From contig JACOZJ010000002.1 of assembly GCA_016181405.1 (NCBI GenBank), positions 10,608 to 74,607 of the forward strand: DNA of 64,000 nt, in the 5' to 3' direction. This document shows, piece by piece, positions 1 to 8,445 of this stretch. Origin of the DNA: Candidatus Wildermuthbacteria bacterium (GTDB lineage Bacteria > Patescibacteriota > Minisyncoccia > Minisyncoccales > UBA10102). How positions within the stretch are numbered: the first letter of the stretch is position 1; every line of letters starts with the position of its first letter. A program made the translations under genes and the position numbers. Under the pieces are notes generated by a model. It was not told the origin of the DNA, made no database searches, and was given only the letters and a program-made list of their open reading frames with translations.

Positions 1-811
1 TGTATTCTTTGGTGCTGGTTTTTAGAAAGTCTATAGCGCCGCTAAAATCCCATCCACCCAACCCTTGGATGTCTTGGAAAAAGAAAACCGCTCCCAACCC
101 GCCCATAAACAAAAACAATAAAAATGAAAGCAGCGCCACATTCTGCCTTCCAGTTAATCTAAAGACAAAATAATAAAAAGCGCCGATAAAGAGCATTGAA
201 AAGAAAAAACCAGGGAGAACAAGCGCCCAATTGAAGTTAGCTCCGATTTTAATCAAGGCCGCAGACAGAAAGTCGGCCAAAAAAGTGTACGCGAGCGGAT
301 TCCCCGAAAAAATAGGGTCAGAAAGTACAATGTTGTCAGAATACGCAAAGTGCGACGCATACGCTGCATGCAAAGCCCAATCTCCCCAAACCCCGGCTGT
401 CCCTATGGTAGAAATGCCACCAGATGTATCGCTGAAAAAAACCGTTGGCCAGAGAGTTGCGAAGAATACAAGAGCCGCTAGTGCAAACACTAAAAACAAA
501 TTCAGCTTTTTAGTTTGCAGCCTTTTCTTAAACAAAAAAAGGTCGCTTTTTAATTGTTCTATAACTAAAGCGTACCTGGAAGCGATAAGGAGAACCGCGG
601 AGACGAAGATAAGGGATAAGAACAAGGCGACTGAAAATTTAGTGAAACCGAATAGAAAAGAAAACAAAAAGAGAACCAGAGTTTGAAAAAACGTGCCAAA
701 GGCTGTGGCCCATATGATTTTTTCCTCCAAAAACAGCTCAAATTTCAAGCGACTAATTATCGCATACCCAAAACAAAAAGCTATTGCAAAATAAAGCAGA
801 ATGACCAGCAT
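1..811 (-). CDS. Polytopic integral membrane protein; its 3' end runs off the window. Possibly a GT-C/ArnT-PMT-like glycosyltransferase, but the family is not established.
   Basis: Absent from the ORF track because no stop lies inside the window. Hand translation from the ATG (rc of cat 809-811) gives MLVILLYFAIAFCFGYAIISRLKFELFLEEK... with repeated hydrophobic spans. The frame is still open at nt 2-4 (...GGWDFSGAIDFLKTSTKEY). Confidence 0.55.
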   Translation of the reverse strand, partial: MLVILLYFAIAFCFGYAIISRLKFELFLEEKIIWATAFGTFFQTLVLFLFSFLFGFTKFSVALFLSLIFVSAVLLIASRYALVIEQLKSDLFLFKKRLQTKKLNLFLVFALAALVFFATLWPTVFFSDTSGGISTIGTAGVWGDWALHAAYASHFAYSDNIVLSDPIFSGNPLAYTFLADFLSAALIKIGANFNWALVLPGFFFSMLFIGAFYYFVFRLTGRQNVALLSFLLFLFMGGLGAVFFFQDIQGLGGWDFSGAIDFLKTSTKEY

Positions 812-828
812 ATCAGAAACTTTACTAC

Positions 829-902
829 TGGAGCGGGTGACGAGAATCGAACTCGCGTATCTTGCTTGGGAAGCAAGCACACTACCACTGTGTTACACCC
901 GC
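829..902 (-). tRNA. tRNA-Gly (anticodon CCC), with CCA encoded
   Basis: The rc is GCGGGTGTAACACAGTGGTAGTGTGCTTGCTTCCCAAGCAAGATACGCGAGTTCGATTCTCGTCACCCGCTCCA. It has a 7-bp acceptor stem GCGGGTG/CACCCGC, a D-loop AGTGGTA, an anticodon arm CTTGC-TTCCCAA-GCAAG and a T-loop TTCGATT. Confidence 0.92.
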
Positions 903-934
903 ATTTCGTCACTCTGCTCCTCAATGTAAACTCG

Positions 935-1336
935 CTAAAACCAGCTGAAGGGGTTCCACCACACACGCTCCGTTTTCCCCTCTCCCTCGGTCGTTCCTTC
1001 TACCGTATTCTCTTCAGGAGGCAGAATCGTCACGACCTCCTCACCTTCTTTCTTATAAAGCCCTTGCTCGCGCAATATTTTCTCTTGGCGCTCTTCCAAT
1101 TGTATGTTGGCAATAGCGGCTTCCTTTGCTTGTATCTGCGCCAAATACTCATTCTCTTCTACCCGAAGCTCCTGCAATCTGCCTTCCAGTGAGGAACGCT
1201 TTTGAGCCATACTCACATTTTGGTATACAAGAAATCCGAGGACGATAAAAAGCATACCTCCAAATACCGCTCCCACCACAACATTCTCAAATCGTTTTCT
1301 TCTGCCTTTGCTAAATTTAGAATGTTCTGGTATCAT
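935..1336 (-). CDS. Septum-formation initiator (FtsB/DivIC/FtsL-like) bitopic coiled-coil protein
   Basis: 133 aa. A basic N-terminus is followed by one TM span (VVVGAVFGGMLFIVLGFLVY) and a heptad-like coiled coil (LEGRLQELRVEENEYLAQIQAKEAAIANIQLEE). Confidence 0.7.
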   Translation of the reverse strand: MIPEHSKFSKGRRKRFENVVVGAVFGGMLFIVLGFLVYQNVSMAQKRSSLEGRLQELRVEENEYLAQIQAKEAAIANIQLEERQEKILREQGLYKKEGEEVVTILPPEENTVEGTTEGEGKTERVWWNPFSWF

Positions 1337-1476
1337 AAAAGCGAGAATGTTATGAAATCAAAAGTCATCATACGCGGAATCTGGATTGTCGTGGTCCTGC
1401 TCATCGTCTTCAGCATGTTCGTCTTTCTCTTGGCTCCGCTCTTCTCCGGCCCCGCCTACTTCTAGCCCGCAAGCGC

Positions 1477-1505
1477 ATTATACGGAAAAATTGCGCTTTG
1501 CTCAA
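1477..1505 (-). promoter_or_regulatory. Sigma70-like promoter for the FtsB-like gene
   Basis: The minus strand reads TTGAGC (1505-1500), a 17-nt spacer, then TATAAT (1482-1477). It sits directly downstream of the lepA stop. Confidence 0.4.
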
Positions 1506-1510
1506 CCCCC

Positions 1511-3283
1511 TTACCTGCGGAATACATCCAAGAATACTTTGGAAGGAATATGCACTCGCCCCTTTGCGGCGAGTTCTTTTTTGCCCTTTTTCTGCCTTTC
1601 AAGCAATTTTCTTTTTCGCGTCACATCTCCTCCATACAAAGGAGCGGTTACGTCGCGGCGGCGCGCACGAATGGTTTCCCTCGCGATTACCCTGCCATCC
1701 GCCACCGCCTGAATGGCTACAACAAATTGCTGGGTCGGCAGCAACTCCTTGAGCTTTTCTACAATTTGTTTGCCCTCCCGATACGCTTTTTCTCTTGAAA
1801 CAATCTGCGTAAATGCCTCCTCTTTCTGGCCCGCGATATGGATTTCAAGCTTCACTAAGTTCGCGGGCCTCCAATCTGCGATTTGATAATCCATAGAAGC
1901 CATGCCCTGCGTGGCGCTTTTGAGTCTATCGTAAAAATCAATCACTATTTCCCGAAGGGGCGTTTCGAATATTACCGAAAGGGCATGTTCGGAGATGTTG
2001 ATGGTTTCCAGCAAATTTCCTTCCAACTGTCCCAGTAGCTGCACCACTTGCGAATAATAGGACGCTGGCGTCACAATTTCCAGCCACACCCAAGGCTCTT
2101 TTACCGACTGAATATTCTGTTCGGGCCATGCCGCCGCGGTTTTGATGGAAAGCTCCCTACCCTTGGGATCCGTGATCCTGAACTCCACCGACGGCCGCGA
2201 AATTACCAATGGCACCTGATACTCTCTCTGGAGACGCTCTGAAATTATTTCCGAGTGCAGCACGCCCAAAAATCCGCACCTGAATCCCCTACCAAGGGCT
2301 TCGTGAGATTCCGGCTCGTACTCAAACGAAGGATCGTTGAGTTTAAGTTTCGCAATCGCGTCTTCCAGCACATCAAAATCCTGGGGGTCTTGCGGATAAA
2401 AACTTACGAACACCACTGGCTTTGAAGGCGCATACCCTTCTAACGCGTCTACCGACGAGTTTTGCGCCAGCGTAATAGTGTCTCCAATACGCACCGTATC
2501 AGATTCTTTCAGGCCAGTAGCGATATATCCTATTTGCCCGGCGCGCAATTCTTCATCGGCAGCCTCTTTGGGCGTAAAATGCCCAACCTCTTTTGCCACC
2601 GCTTTTGCCCTTGCTGCTTTCAAGAACAAGGGATCGTTCGTTTTTACTACGCCTTCCACCACACGCACATATGCCACTACTCCTTTAAAAGCGTCAAAAT
2701 GCGAATCGAACACCAACGCGCGCAACGGCTTGCTTCCTTCTTCTTTTGCCGGGGGCACGCGCGCGATTACTGTTCGCAATAATTCCTCCACATTTTGTCC
2801 GGTTTTCGCGGAAATGCGCAAAATCTCGCGCTCATCAATCTTGAGCAGGTCCACAATGGATCGTACAACCTCGTCCACACGGGCAGAAGGCAGATCAATT
2901 TTGTTTACTGCCGGAATAATGGTAAGCCCCTCTTCTCTGGCAAGCTTGAGGTTAGCCAATGTTTGCGCCTGCACCCCCTTAGTTGCGTCAACCAGCAAAA
3001 TAGCGCCTTCCACCGCAGCAAGCGAACGCGAAACCTCGTAGCTGAAATCCGCGTGCCCGGGAGTATCTATGAGGTTCAAGACATATTCTCTATACTTTAG
3101 CCGTATCGGCTGAAGCTTTATGGTAATCCCCTTCTCCCGCTCCAAATCCATCTGATCCAAAAACTGCTCTTTCATTTGCCGCTTCTCTACGGCTCCGGTC
3201 AATTCCAAAAACCGGTCCGCAAGCGTCGACTTCCCATGGTCGATATGCGCGATTATCACAAAATTTCGAATATTATTTGCCAT
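1511..3283 (-). CDS. lepA: Elongation factor 4 (LepA)
   Basis: MANNIRNFVIIAHIDHGKSTLADRFL..., DTPGH, NKIDL and the LepA C-terminal domain. The ORF-track N-terminal extension to 3484 overlaps murJ, so it was trimmed to the ATG at 3283. Confidence 0.95.
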   Translation of the reverse strand: MANNIRNFVIIAHIDHGKSTLADRFLELTGAVEKRQMKEQFLDQMDLEREKGITIKLQPIRLKYREYVLNLIDTPGHADFSYEVSRSLAAVEGAILLVDATKGVQAQTLANLKLAREEGLTIIPAVNKIDLPSARVDEVVRSIVDLLKIDEREILRISAKTGQNVEELLRTVIARVPPAKEEGSKPLRALVFDSHFDAFKGVVAYVRVVEGVVKTNDPLFLKAARAKAVAKEVGHFTPKEAADEELRAGQIGYIATGLKESDTVRIGDTITLAQNSSVDALEGYAPSKPVVFVSFYPQDPQDFDVLEDAIAKLKLNDPSFEYEPESHEALGRGFRCGFLGVLHSEIISERLQREYQVPLVISRPSVEFRITDPKGRELSIKTAAAWPEQNIQSVKEPWVWLEIVTPASYYSQVVQLLGQLEGNLLETINISEHALSVIFETPLREIVIDFYDRLKSATQGMASMDYQIADWRPANLVKLEIHIAGQKEEAFTQIVSREKAYREGKQIVEKLKELLPTQQFVVAIQAVADGRVIARETIRARRRDVTAPLYGGDVTRKRKLLERQKKGKKELAAKGRVHIPSKVFLDVFRR

Positions 3284-4919
3284 AAAGTTTTGCCGTGAGT
3301 ATCTTCCAAAAATGGAGTGCTTCGCGAGAACCAAGCACAAAGGCGGCGGCAATAAAGGTGAGGGCGCCGGCGAAACCCGCAAGCAGAAATTGAGTGAGCA
3401 CACGCAGATACGTTTCCAGCGGGAATGGATTTCCGTAGAGATACAACACTCCGTAAGTGACAATCCCGGCCGTGAAAGCGGCAAGCGCGGTTTTCGTCAA
3501 AGAAACAAAAAATTCCTTTCCGAACATATCCCGTATCCTTCGCGCCAGCAGCAAGCTAAGCAGTCCCAGCTGAAATACGCCGGCAATGACAAACGCCAGA
3601 GGCAAAGCGAGAATGCGCACGTCTTCAATCCCTCCCAGCCGCAAGAAAGAAACAAAAAACTGTGAGAAGGCATTTGAAGAAGCAAACACCTGAATGAGAA
3701 AAAGCGCCGAAACGATATTTAACGCGACCGAAGCAATACTTGCTAGAGTAGGGGTTTTCGTATCCTGAAGCGCAAAGAATGCCCGTACAAAGAGCGGGAT
3801 TACGGCATAAAAGATAATGCCAAATGCGAATATCCCCAGCACGGCCGCGGTGAGCCGTGTTTCATCCCAACCAAACCGATCTCCAGCTCCGTAAATAAGG
3901 CGCACAATTTGCGCCCGCAAGAGAAAAATTAAAACAGAAAAGGGCAAAACAAAAAACAGAACACCAGCGGCGGTTTTTGCAAAAGCCTGCCGCAATCTGC
4001 CAAATTCCTGTTGCGCTGCAAACCGCGCGAACACAGGGAAAGCAGCTAGCGCGAAAGAAACGCCAATCAATCCAGCAGGTAATTGCTGAATAGTATTGGC
4101 ATATTCAAAAATCGTAATGCTTCCCCCAGCAATAAGGGAAGCCAATGCCGTAATAACAATGGCATTTATGTAGGAGCTAGCCGCAGCAATGGTGCGGGGG
4201 AACGCGAGTACTGTTGCCTTTTTGACAGAAGCATCTTTGAAATTCCACAGCGGTTGCCACGAAAATCCTACCTTCCGCACGGCAGGCGCTTGTACAAGAA
4301 CATGCAGGAAAGCCCCTATAACAACCCCGACGGCCACTCCCCATATACCCCAGAGCGGCGCCAAGAAAATAATTCCTAAAATAATTCCGATATTATAAAG
4401 AATAGGGGCAAGAGCGTAAACGAAAAACCTCTGAAAATAATGAAGCACACCCGAAAACACCGCAGATATCCCAAATAGCAAAGGGCTTAAAAGCATGAGT
4501 CGTGTGAGGCTGGCAGTCGTTTCCAGTTGCGAAGAAGAAAACCCGGGCGCCACAAACGAGATAAGTTGGGGCGCAAACAGAAAGACAAAAACGGCGAATG
4601 CTAGGAGAAAGACAATAATAATATTTAAAAGATTACTCGCGAATTTCCACGCACCCTGCGGGCTTCGCTCCATCTGCTCAGCAAACATAGGAAGAAAAAT
4701 CGCGGAAATCCCGCCCATAATAAGAATGCCGTAGAGAAGATCCGGGATTCGAAACGCCGCAAAGTACATATCAGTAGCTTCACTCGCGCCAAATCGCCAA
4801 GAAAGCAATCCATTTCGCGCAAACCCAAGAATTCCGCTTATAAGCGAAGAAATGAAGAGAATGCCTGCCGCGGAGGCTATGGTTTTGGACTGGCTATTAA
4901 ACAGCTTGGAAACAGTCAT
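3273..4919 (-). CDS. murJ: Lipid II flippase MurJ (MviN family)
   Basis: About 14 predicted TM spans. The N-terminus MTVSKLFNSQSKTIASAAGILFISSLISGILGFARNGLLSWRFGAS is typical of MurJ. The start was trimmed to the ATG at 4919 because the extension overlaps rnpB. It overlaps the lepA start by 11 nt. Confidence 0.9.
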   Translation of the reverse strand: MTVSKLFNSQSKTIASAAGILFISSLISGILGFARNGLLSWRFGASEATDMYFAAFRIPDLLYGILIMGGISAIFLPMFAEQMERSPQGAWKFASNLLNIIIVFLLAFAVFVFLFAPQLISFVAPGFSSSQLETTASLTRLMLLSPLLFGISAVFSGVLHYFQRFFVYALAPILYNIGIILGIIFLAPLWGIWGVAVGVVIGAFLHVLVQAPAVRKVGFSWQPLWNFKDASVKKATVLAFPRTIAAASSYINAIVITALASLIAGGSITIFEYANTIQQLPAGLIGVSFALAAFPVFARFAAQQEFGRLRQAFAKTAAGVLFFVLPFSVLIFLLRAQIVRLIYGAGDRFGWDETRLTAAVLGIFAFGIIFYAVIPLFVRAFFALQDTKTPTLASIASVALNIVSALFLIQVFASSNAFSQFFVSFLRLGGIEDVRILALPLAFVIAGVFQLGLLSLLLARRIRDMFGKEFFVSLTKTALAAFTAGIVTYGVLYLYGNPFPLETYLRVLTQFLLAGFAGALTFIAAAFVLGSREALHFWKILTAKLYGK

Positions 4920-4946
4920 CTGTCTATTATACCTATATTTTGCTTC

Positions 4947-4975
4947 TTGACAAATCCAAAAAGCATTGGTAAAAT
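4947..4975 (+). promoter_or_regulatory. Sigma70-like promoter of rnpB
   Basis: TTGACA (4947-4952), a 17-nt spacer, then TAAAAT (4970-4975). The predicted TSS (about 4982) coincides with the 5' end of helix P1. Confidence 0.6.
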
Positions 4976-4981
4976 AACCCT

Positions 4982-5393
4982 GTCGGAGGAAGTTAGGCAA
5001 TCGCTCCCCGCCTCTTCGGTGGGGGGAGGAAAGTCCGAACACTCTCCGCCCGCAAGGGCGGATAAACTACTCCGGGTAACACCCGGCCGCCGCAAGGCGA
5101 GCGGTGCGAACAGAGACGAGCCCGCCAACATCTGATGAAGTTGTGGCGGGGTGAAACGGCTAAATCCGTGTAGGGTGCAAGAGTAAACCCTTCGGCAAGT
5201 CTCAGGGTAAACCCCTACAGAAAATTTATGTTTTCTGGGGCCTGTCCCGAGCTTGTCGAGGGATGAAAAGTGACTCGCTATTGTCCTGAGAGAAATCGAA
5301 GGGCTTGATCCTTCCTGGTAACAGGTTGGACAGATAGATGATTGCCTCCGCCGATGAGGCGGAACAGAATTCGGCTTATAGGCTTCCTCCGAC
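4982..5393 (+). ncRNA. rnpB: RNase P RNA, bacterial type A
   Basis: P1 is an 11-bp helix GTCGGAGGAAG(4982-4992)/CTTCCTCCGAC(5383-5393). The universal P4 strands are GGAGGAAAGTCCGAACAC and ACAGAATTCGGCTTATAGG. GGGTAAACCCC and AGATAGATGATTGCC blocks are also present. The overlapping ORFs 4916-5395(-) and 4947-5135(+) are artefacts. Confidence 0.93.
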
Positions 5394-5401
5394 ACAAAAA
5401 A

Positions 5402-5424
5402 TCCACCGTCAAGGTGGGTTTTTC
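5402..5424 (+). terminator. Intrinsic terminator of rnpB
   Basis: TCCACC-gtcaa-GGTGGG hairpin followed by TTTTT. Confidence 0.7.
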
Positions 5425-5426
5425 GT

Positions 5427-5473
5427 TAGAAAAGTCTTTGAGTTTTGGCACGGGAGTCGAGAGCCTGGTTCAC
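5427..5473. repeat. Left copy of a 47-bp perfect direct repeat (non-coding duplicate of the rnhA 3' end)
   Basis: tagaaaagtctttgagttttggcacgggagtcgagagcctggttcac is identical to 6852-6898. Confidence 0.97.
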
Positions 5474-6831
5474 TGTTTGATTCGATACAACGAAACGGAA
5501 TTCCCCCACCAAAGAACAAGCTTTCCTTTTTCGCGTACGAATACGGCGCGCTCGCCTATGTTATCAAATTTGTTCGTTTTTTCTATGCGGAACTCATTCC
5601 TGCCTAACGGCGCAAGCATCGCGGGCGATTCTTCAAGATCCTCAAAAGGACCTTGGGCAAAAAGTTTTTCCCCAAATTGCACCACAGCAATATCTCCCCA
5701 TCTCCCCCGGTAATACCCCTCAAATCTCCGAAAGTTTTCTGTTTCATCAGGCTTATTCTGCTTATCTTCCATCGCATGGCTAAACACATTATGAATAGTA
5801 AAAGCAATCTGGCTCACGAATACTTCAATACTATTGGTGAGAATAATCGTACTCACCCTGTTTACCGGGTCAATCAAAAGATGCGTAGAAAAACCTTGAA
5901 ACATCCCTTCATGCCCATAGAATGTCCTGCTGTTCTTCTGGGAAATAATAATGCCCAGGCCATAGAAACGATCTCGATTGTCTCCGGTGCGCGCCTGAAT
6001 GCGTTTCATCTCCCTCTTTGACTTTTTCCCAAGAATTCCCACACTATCTCTTTCGTCCGCGAGAAAAACAGCGAACCTCGCGAGGTCTTTAACATTTGTC
6101 GCAACACCCGCAGCTGCGGCAAACGCGTTAGTTTTAACTCGAGAAAATTTCGCCCTCTTCTTTATACCGGGAATAAAACGGCCGTATCCGGAAGCTAAAT
6201 CTCTCGTTGATTTTTGAACATCCGCCGTGCTCGCGACCATACCAAGCGGCCTAAAAATATGGTGTTCAATGTACTTAGTATACTCCATTCCGCTGACCGC
6301 CTGGATAACTTCTCCAAGAAGCGCGAAAGCAAAGTTGGAATACTTAAATTGTTCGTGAGCATCAAAGGTAAGCGTTTCTTTGGAAAGAAGCTCCTTCAGT
6401 TTTGCGGAATTAGGAAAATGGTCATCCACCCATTGATGATGCTCTCCATCTCGAAACATCCCTGAAGTATGGGAAAGCGCCTGTCGAATGGTAATATCCT
6501 TTGAGCTCCTCCTCCCGCACTTTACCTGAAACCAAGGAAGGTAGGAAATAATGGCATCATCAAGATGTAGCTTCTTTCCCTCCGCCAACTGCAATATTGC
6601 TACCGCGGTGAACATTTTTGAAATGGAAGCTACACGGTAGCTTGTTTCCGGCTTTGTCCGCACTTTCCTCTCAACGTCCGCAAAGCCGTATCCCCTCTGG
6701 AGGACGAGCTCTCCATCCAACACTACCCCAAGGGAAAGACCGGGAACATGCTCATAATTCATGCGCTGAGGTAGCCAGAAATCAAGGAAACGTGAGAGCG
6801 AAGCTATTTTTCTCTTTTGACCCTGTTTCAT
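5470..6831 (-). CDS. Beta-lactamase-fold serine hydrolase (class C / EstB-like, penicillin-binding-protein family) with an extra C-terminal domain
   Basis: It has the SxxK motif (ASISKMF), the YxN motif (FKYSNFA) and an HEG third box. The start was set to the ATG at 6831 (MKQGQKRK...) because the ORF-track extension to 6876 lies inside the repeat and rnhA. Confidence 0.85.
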   Translation of the reverse strand: MKQGQKRKIASLSRFLDFWLPQRMNYEHVPGLSLGVVLDGELVLQRGYGFADVERKVRTKPETSYRVASISKMFTAVAILQLAEGKKLHLDDAIISYLPWFQVKCGRRSSKDITIRQALSHTSGMFRDGEHHQWVDDHFPNSAKLKELLSKETLTFDAHEQFKYSNFAFALLGEVIQAVSGMEYTKYIEHHIFRPLGMVASTADVQKSTRDLASGYGRFIPGIKKRAKFSRVKTNAFAAAAGVATNVKDLARFAVFLADERDSVGILGKKSKREMKRIQARTGDNRDRFYGLGIIISQKNSRTFYGHEGMFQGFSTHLLIDPVNRVSTIILTNSIEVFVSQIAFTIHNVFSHAMEDKQNKPDETENFRRFEGYYRGRWGDIAVVQFGEKLFAQGPFEDLEESPAMLAPLGRNEFRIEKTNKFDNIGERAVFVREKGKLVLWWGNSVSLYRIKQ

Positions 6832-6850
6832 ACACAGTAAACTAAATACA

Positions 6851-7291
6851 CTAGAAAAGTCTTTGAGTTTTGGCACGGGAGTCGAGAGCCTGGTTCACGA
6901 GCCGATCGGCGGCCTTATTTTGCTCTCGGGGCACAGCTTGAAATCTTATCTCGCCAAAATCTAATTTAAGATTCCAAAGTTCAAGGAAAAATTTCTGGAT
7001 ACCCGCGTTCTCGATTTTATACTGACCGTTCATTTGTTTTACTAAAAGTTCCGAGTCTGCGAGTATGCGCACCTGCGATTTTTTTGCCTCGGCTTTCCCC
7101 GCAAGCGCTTTGAGTTTTTTGAGAGCCGTAATAGCCGCACGATATTCCGCCTCATTATTTGTAGTTTCACCAATATACTCTGAAATCTCTTTCAGAATGC
7201 TCCCCTGCTCATTTTCTATAACAGCACCAATGGCGGCAGGCCCGGGATTGCCTCTCGCTCCCCCATCAGTACGGATAATAAACGTTTTCAT
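6851..7291 (-). CDS. rnhA: Ribonuclease HI
   Basis: 146 aa. IIRTDGGARGNPGPAAIG, NNEAEYRAAITAL, ILADSELLV and NKAADRLVNQAL fit the RNase H type 1 DEDD pattern. Confidence 0.9.
   Translation of the reverse strand: MKTFIIRTDGGARGNPGPAAIGAVIENEQGSILKEISEYIGETTNNEAEYRAAITALKKLKALAGKAEAKKSQVRILADSELLVKQMNGQYKIENAGIQKFFLELWNLKLDFGEIRFQAVPREQNKAADRLVNQALDSRAKTQRLF
6852..6898. repeat. Right copy of the 47-bp direct repeat (part of the stop codon plus the last 15 codons of rnhA)
   Basis: Identical to 5427-5473. It encodes ...VNQALDSRAKTQRLF*. Confidence 0.97.
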
Positions 7292-8445
7292 TTTTTATTC
7301 TTCTGGAAGTATTCGTATAAACAGCGCTTCACGCCTTCTTCTTTTTCGATACTCGTCTGGAAACCGGATGCCTGCGGATGTCCACCGTAGGTTTCCAAAA
7401 ATTTATCGCACGCCTGCATTGCCTTTACGGTATCATAGCCTGCAGGCGCACGCACACTTCCCAAAATATCCTTTTTACTTTTCCGGTAAATAAAGGCAGG
7501 CTTGTTTGTTTCCTGCGAGATAATAGAAGATACCGAGCCCAGAAGCATATACTCAAATTTCTCGTCTCCCTCAAACACCAAAGGATCGGTTTTCTTATGA
7601 AAAATACGCATACGCACTTCATCGGTAGCTCTGTCGACTTGTTCTCTGCGAATTTTATTTTTCTCCGCGAAAGTCTCAACCATATGCTTAGCCTTCGGCA
7701 AAGAAGGACATGAGAGAAGACGAAACGCGCCGGGTTCGCGCTTTCTGGTATCACGAACATTCAGTATGGATATCATCTGTTGTACCCTACCCTCCAAGGG
7801 CGCATCTGACCCAAAAATATCAGACTCCAAAAGTGCCCGGACGCCGGGCCGCCAAGAATACGGAAGAGCATCCATACCCTCTCGGATAATTTGCACATTG
7901 TCCTGTTCCCGTGCCATCATGTCGGCTATTGTACCCAGTGCCGCAAGCTCCACCATACTTTGATAAAGCGTATCTGACATTTTTTTGCCCAAGAGCGTTT
8001 TGGCAAGCTGCAGCGACAATCCGCACGCCGCAAATTCTTTGAAAGGATACTTGTCCCCTGGCTGTTTGGGATCCACAATAATGTCTGCTTTAGGCAACTT
8101 ATCTAACACTTTATGATGATCCACCACTATGACGGAAAACCCAAGTTTTTTTGCCATAGGAATCTCCTTAAAATTTGAAATCCCCAAATCAAACGTAACG
8201 AGCACTCCGGGCGCGTACTGCTTGAGATACTCCAGCGCTTTTGTTGTTACGCCGTATCCTTCTTTCTCACGCTCCGGAAAGTAGTACGCCACCACATTCC
8301 CGCCCAAACTCTTAATCGCCTCTTGTGCAATAAGCACGGCAGTCACCCCATCCAAATCCGCGTCGCCATATAAAATAATGCGCTCTCCTTGAGCGACCGC
8401 TTTTTTAATTCTATTCGCCGCTTTTGTAAGATTTTTTATTTTCAT
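7288..8445 (-). CDS. DHH/DHHA1 phosphoesterase, short RecJ-like exonuclease
   Basis: GDADLDGVTAV, VVDHHKV and GGHPQASGF (DHHA1) motifs. At 385 aa it is shorter than canonical RecJ. Confidence 0.8.
   Translation of the reverse strand: MKIKNLTKAANRIKKAVAQGERIILYGDADLDGVTAVLIAQEAIKSLGGNVVAYYFPEREKEGYGVTTKALEYLKQYAPGVLVTFDLGISNFKEIPMAKKLGFSVIVVDHHKVLDKLPKADIIVDPKQPGDKYPFKEFAACGLSLQLAKTLLGKKMSDTLYQSMVELAALGTIADMMAREQDNVQIIREGMDALPYSWRPGVRALLESDIFGSDAPLEGRVQQMISILNVRDTRKREPGAFRLLSCPSLPKAKHMVETFAEKNKIRREQVDRATDEVRMRIFHKKTDPLVFEGDEKFEYMLLGSVSSIISQETNKPAFIYRKSKKDILGSVRAPAGYDTVKAMQACDKFLETYGGHPQASGFQTSIEKEEGVKRCLYEYFQKNKK

Noticed and set aside
231-1192. Plus-strand ORFs 231-686 and 683-1192, and minus-strand ORF 781-966.
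   Set aside because: They are antisense to a convincing open membrane-protein frame (1-811, minus) or overlap tRNA-Gly and the FtsB-like gene. 231-686 starts with TTG, and the products are compositionally odd.
1511-3484. N-terminal extensions proposed by the ORF track for many genes. These are lepA (to 3484), murJ (5042), secD (15995), murB (23262), HIT (19094), Nudix (19504), rfbH (43278), EEP (48341), rfbF (50009), Gfo/Idh/MocA (55630), HddC-GmhB (61395), the hydrolase (6876) and the HAD gene (30593).
   Set aside because: The extensions overlap upstream genes, RNA genes or promoters. Internal ATGs give N-termini that match the family start and produce ATGA or short overlaps with the neighbouring gene.
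4916-5713. ORFs 4916-5395(-), 4947-5135(+), 5338-5607(+) and 5342-5713(+).
   Set aside because: They overlap the RNase P RNA gene and its terminator, or run antisense to the serine hydrolase. The RNA assignment explains the region.
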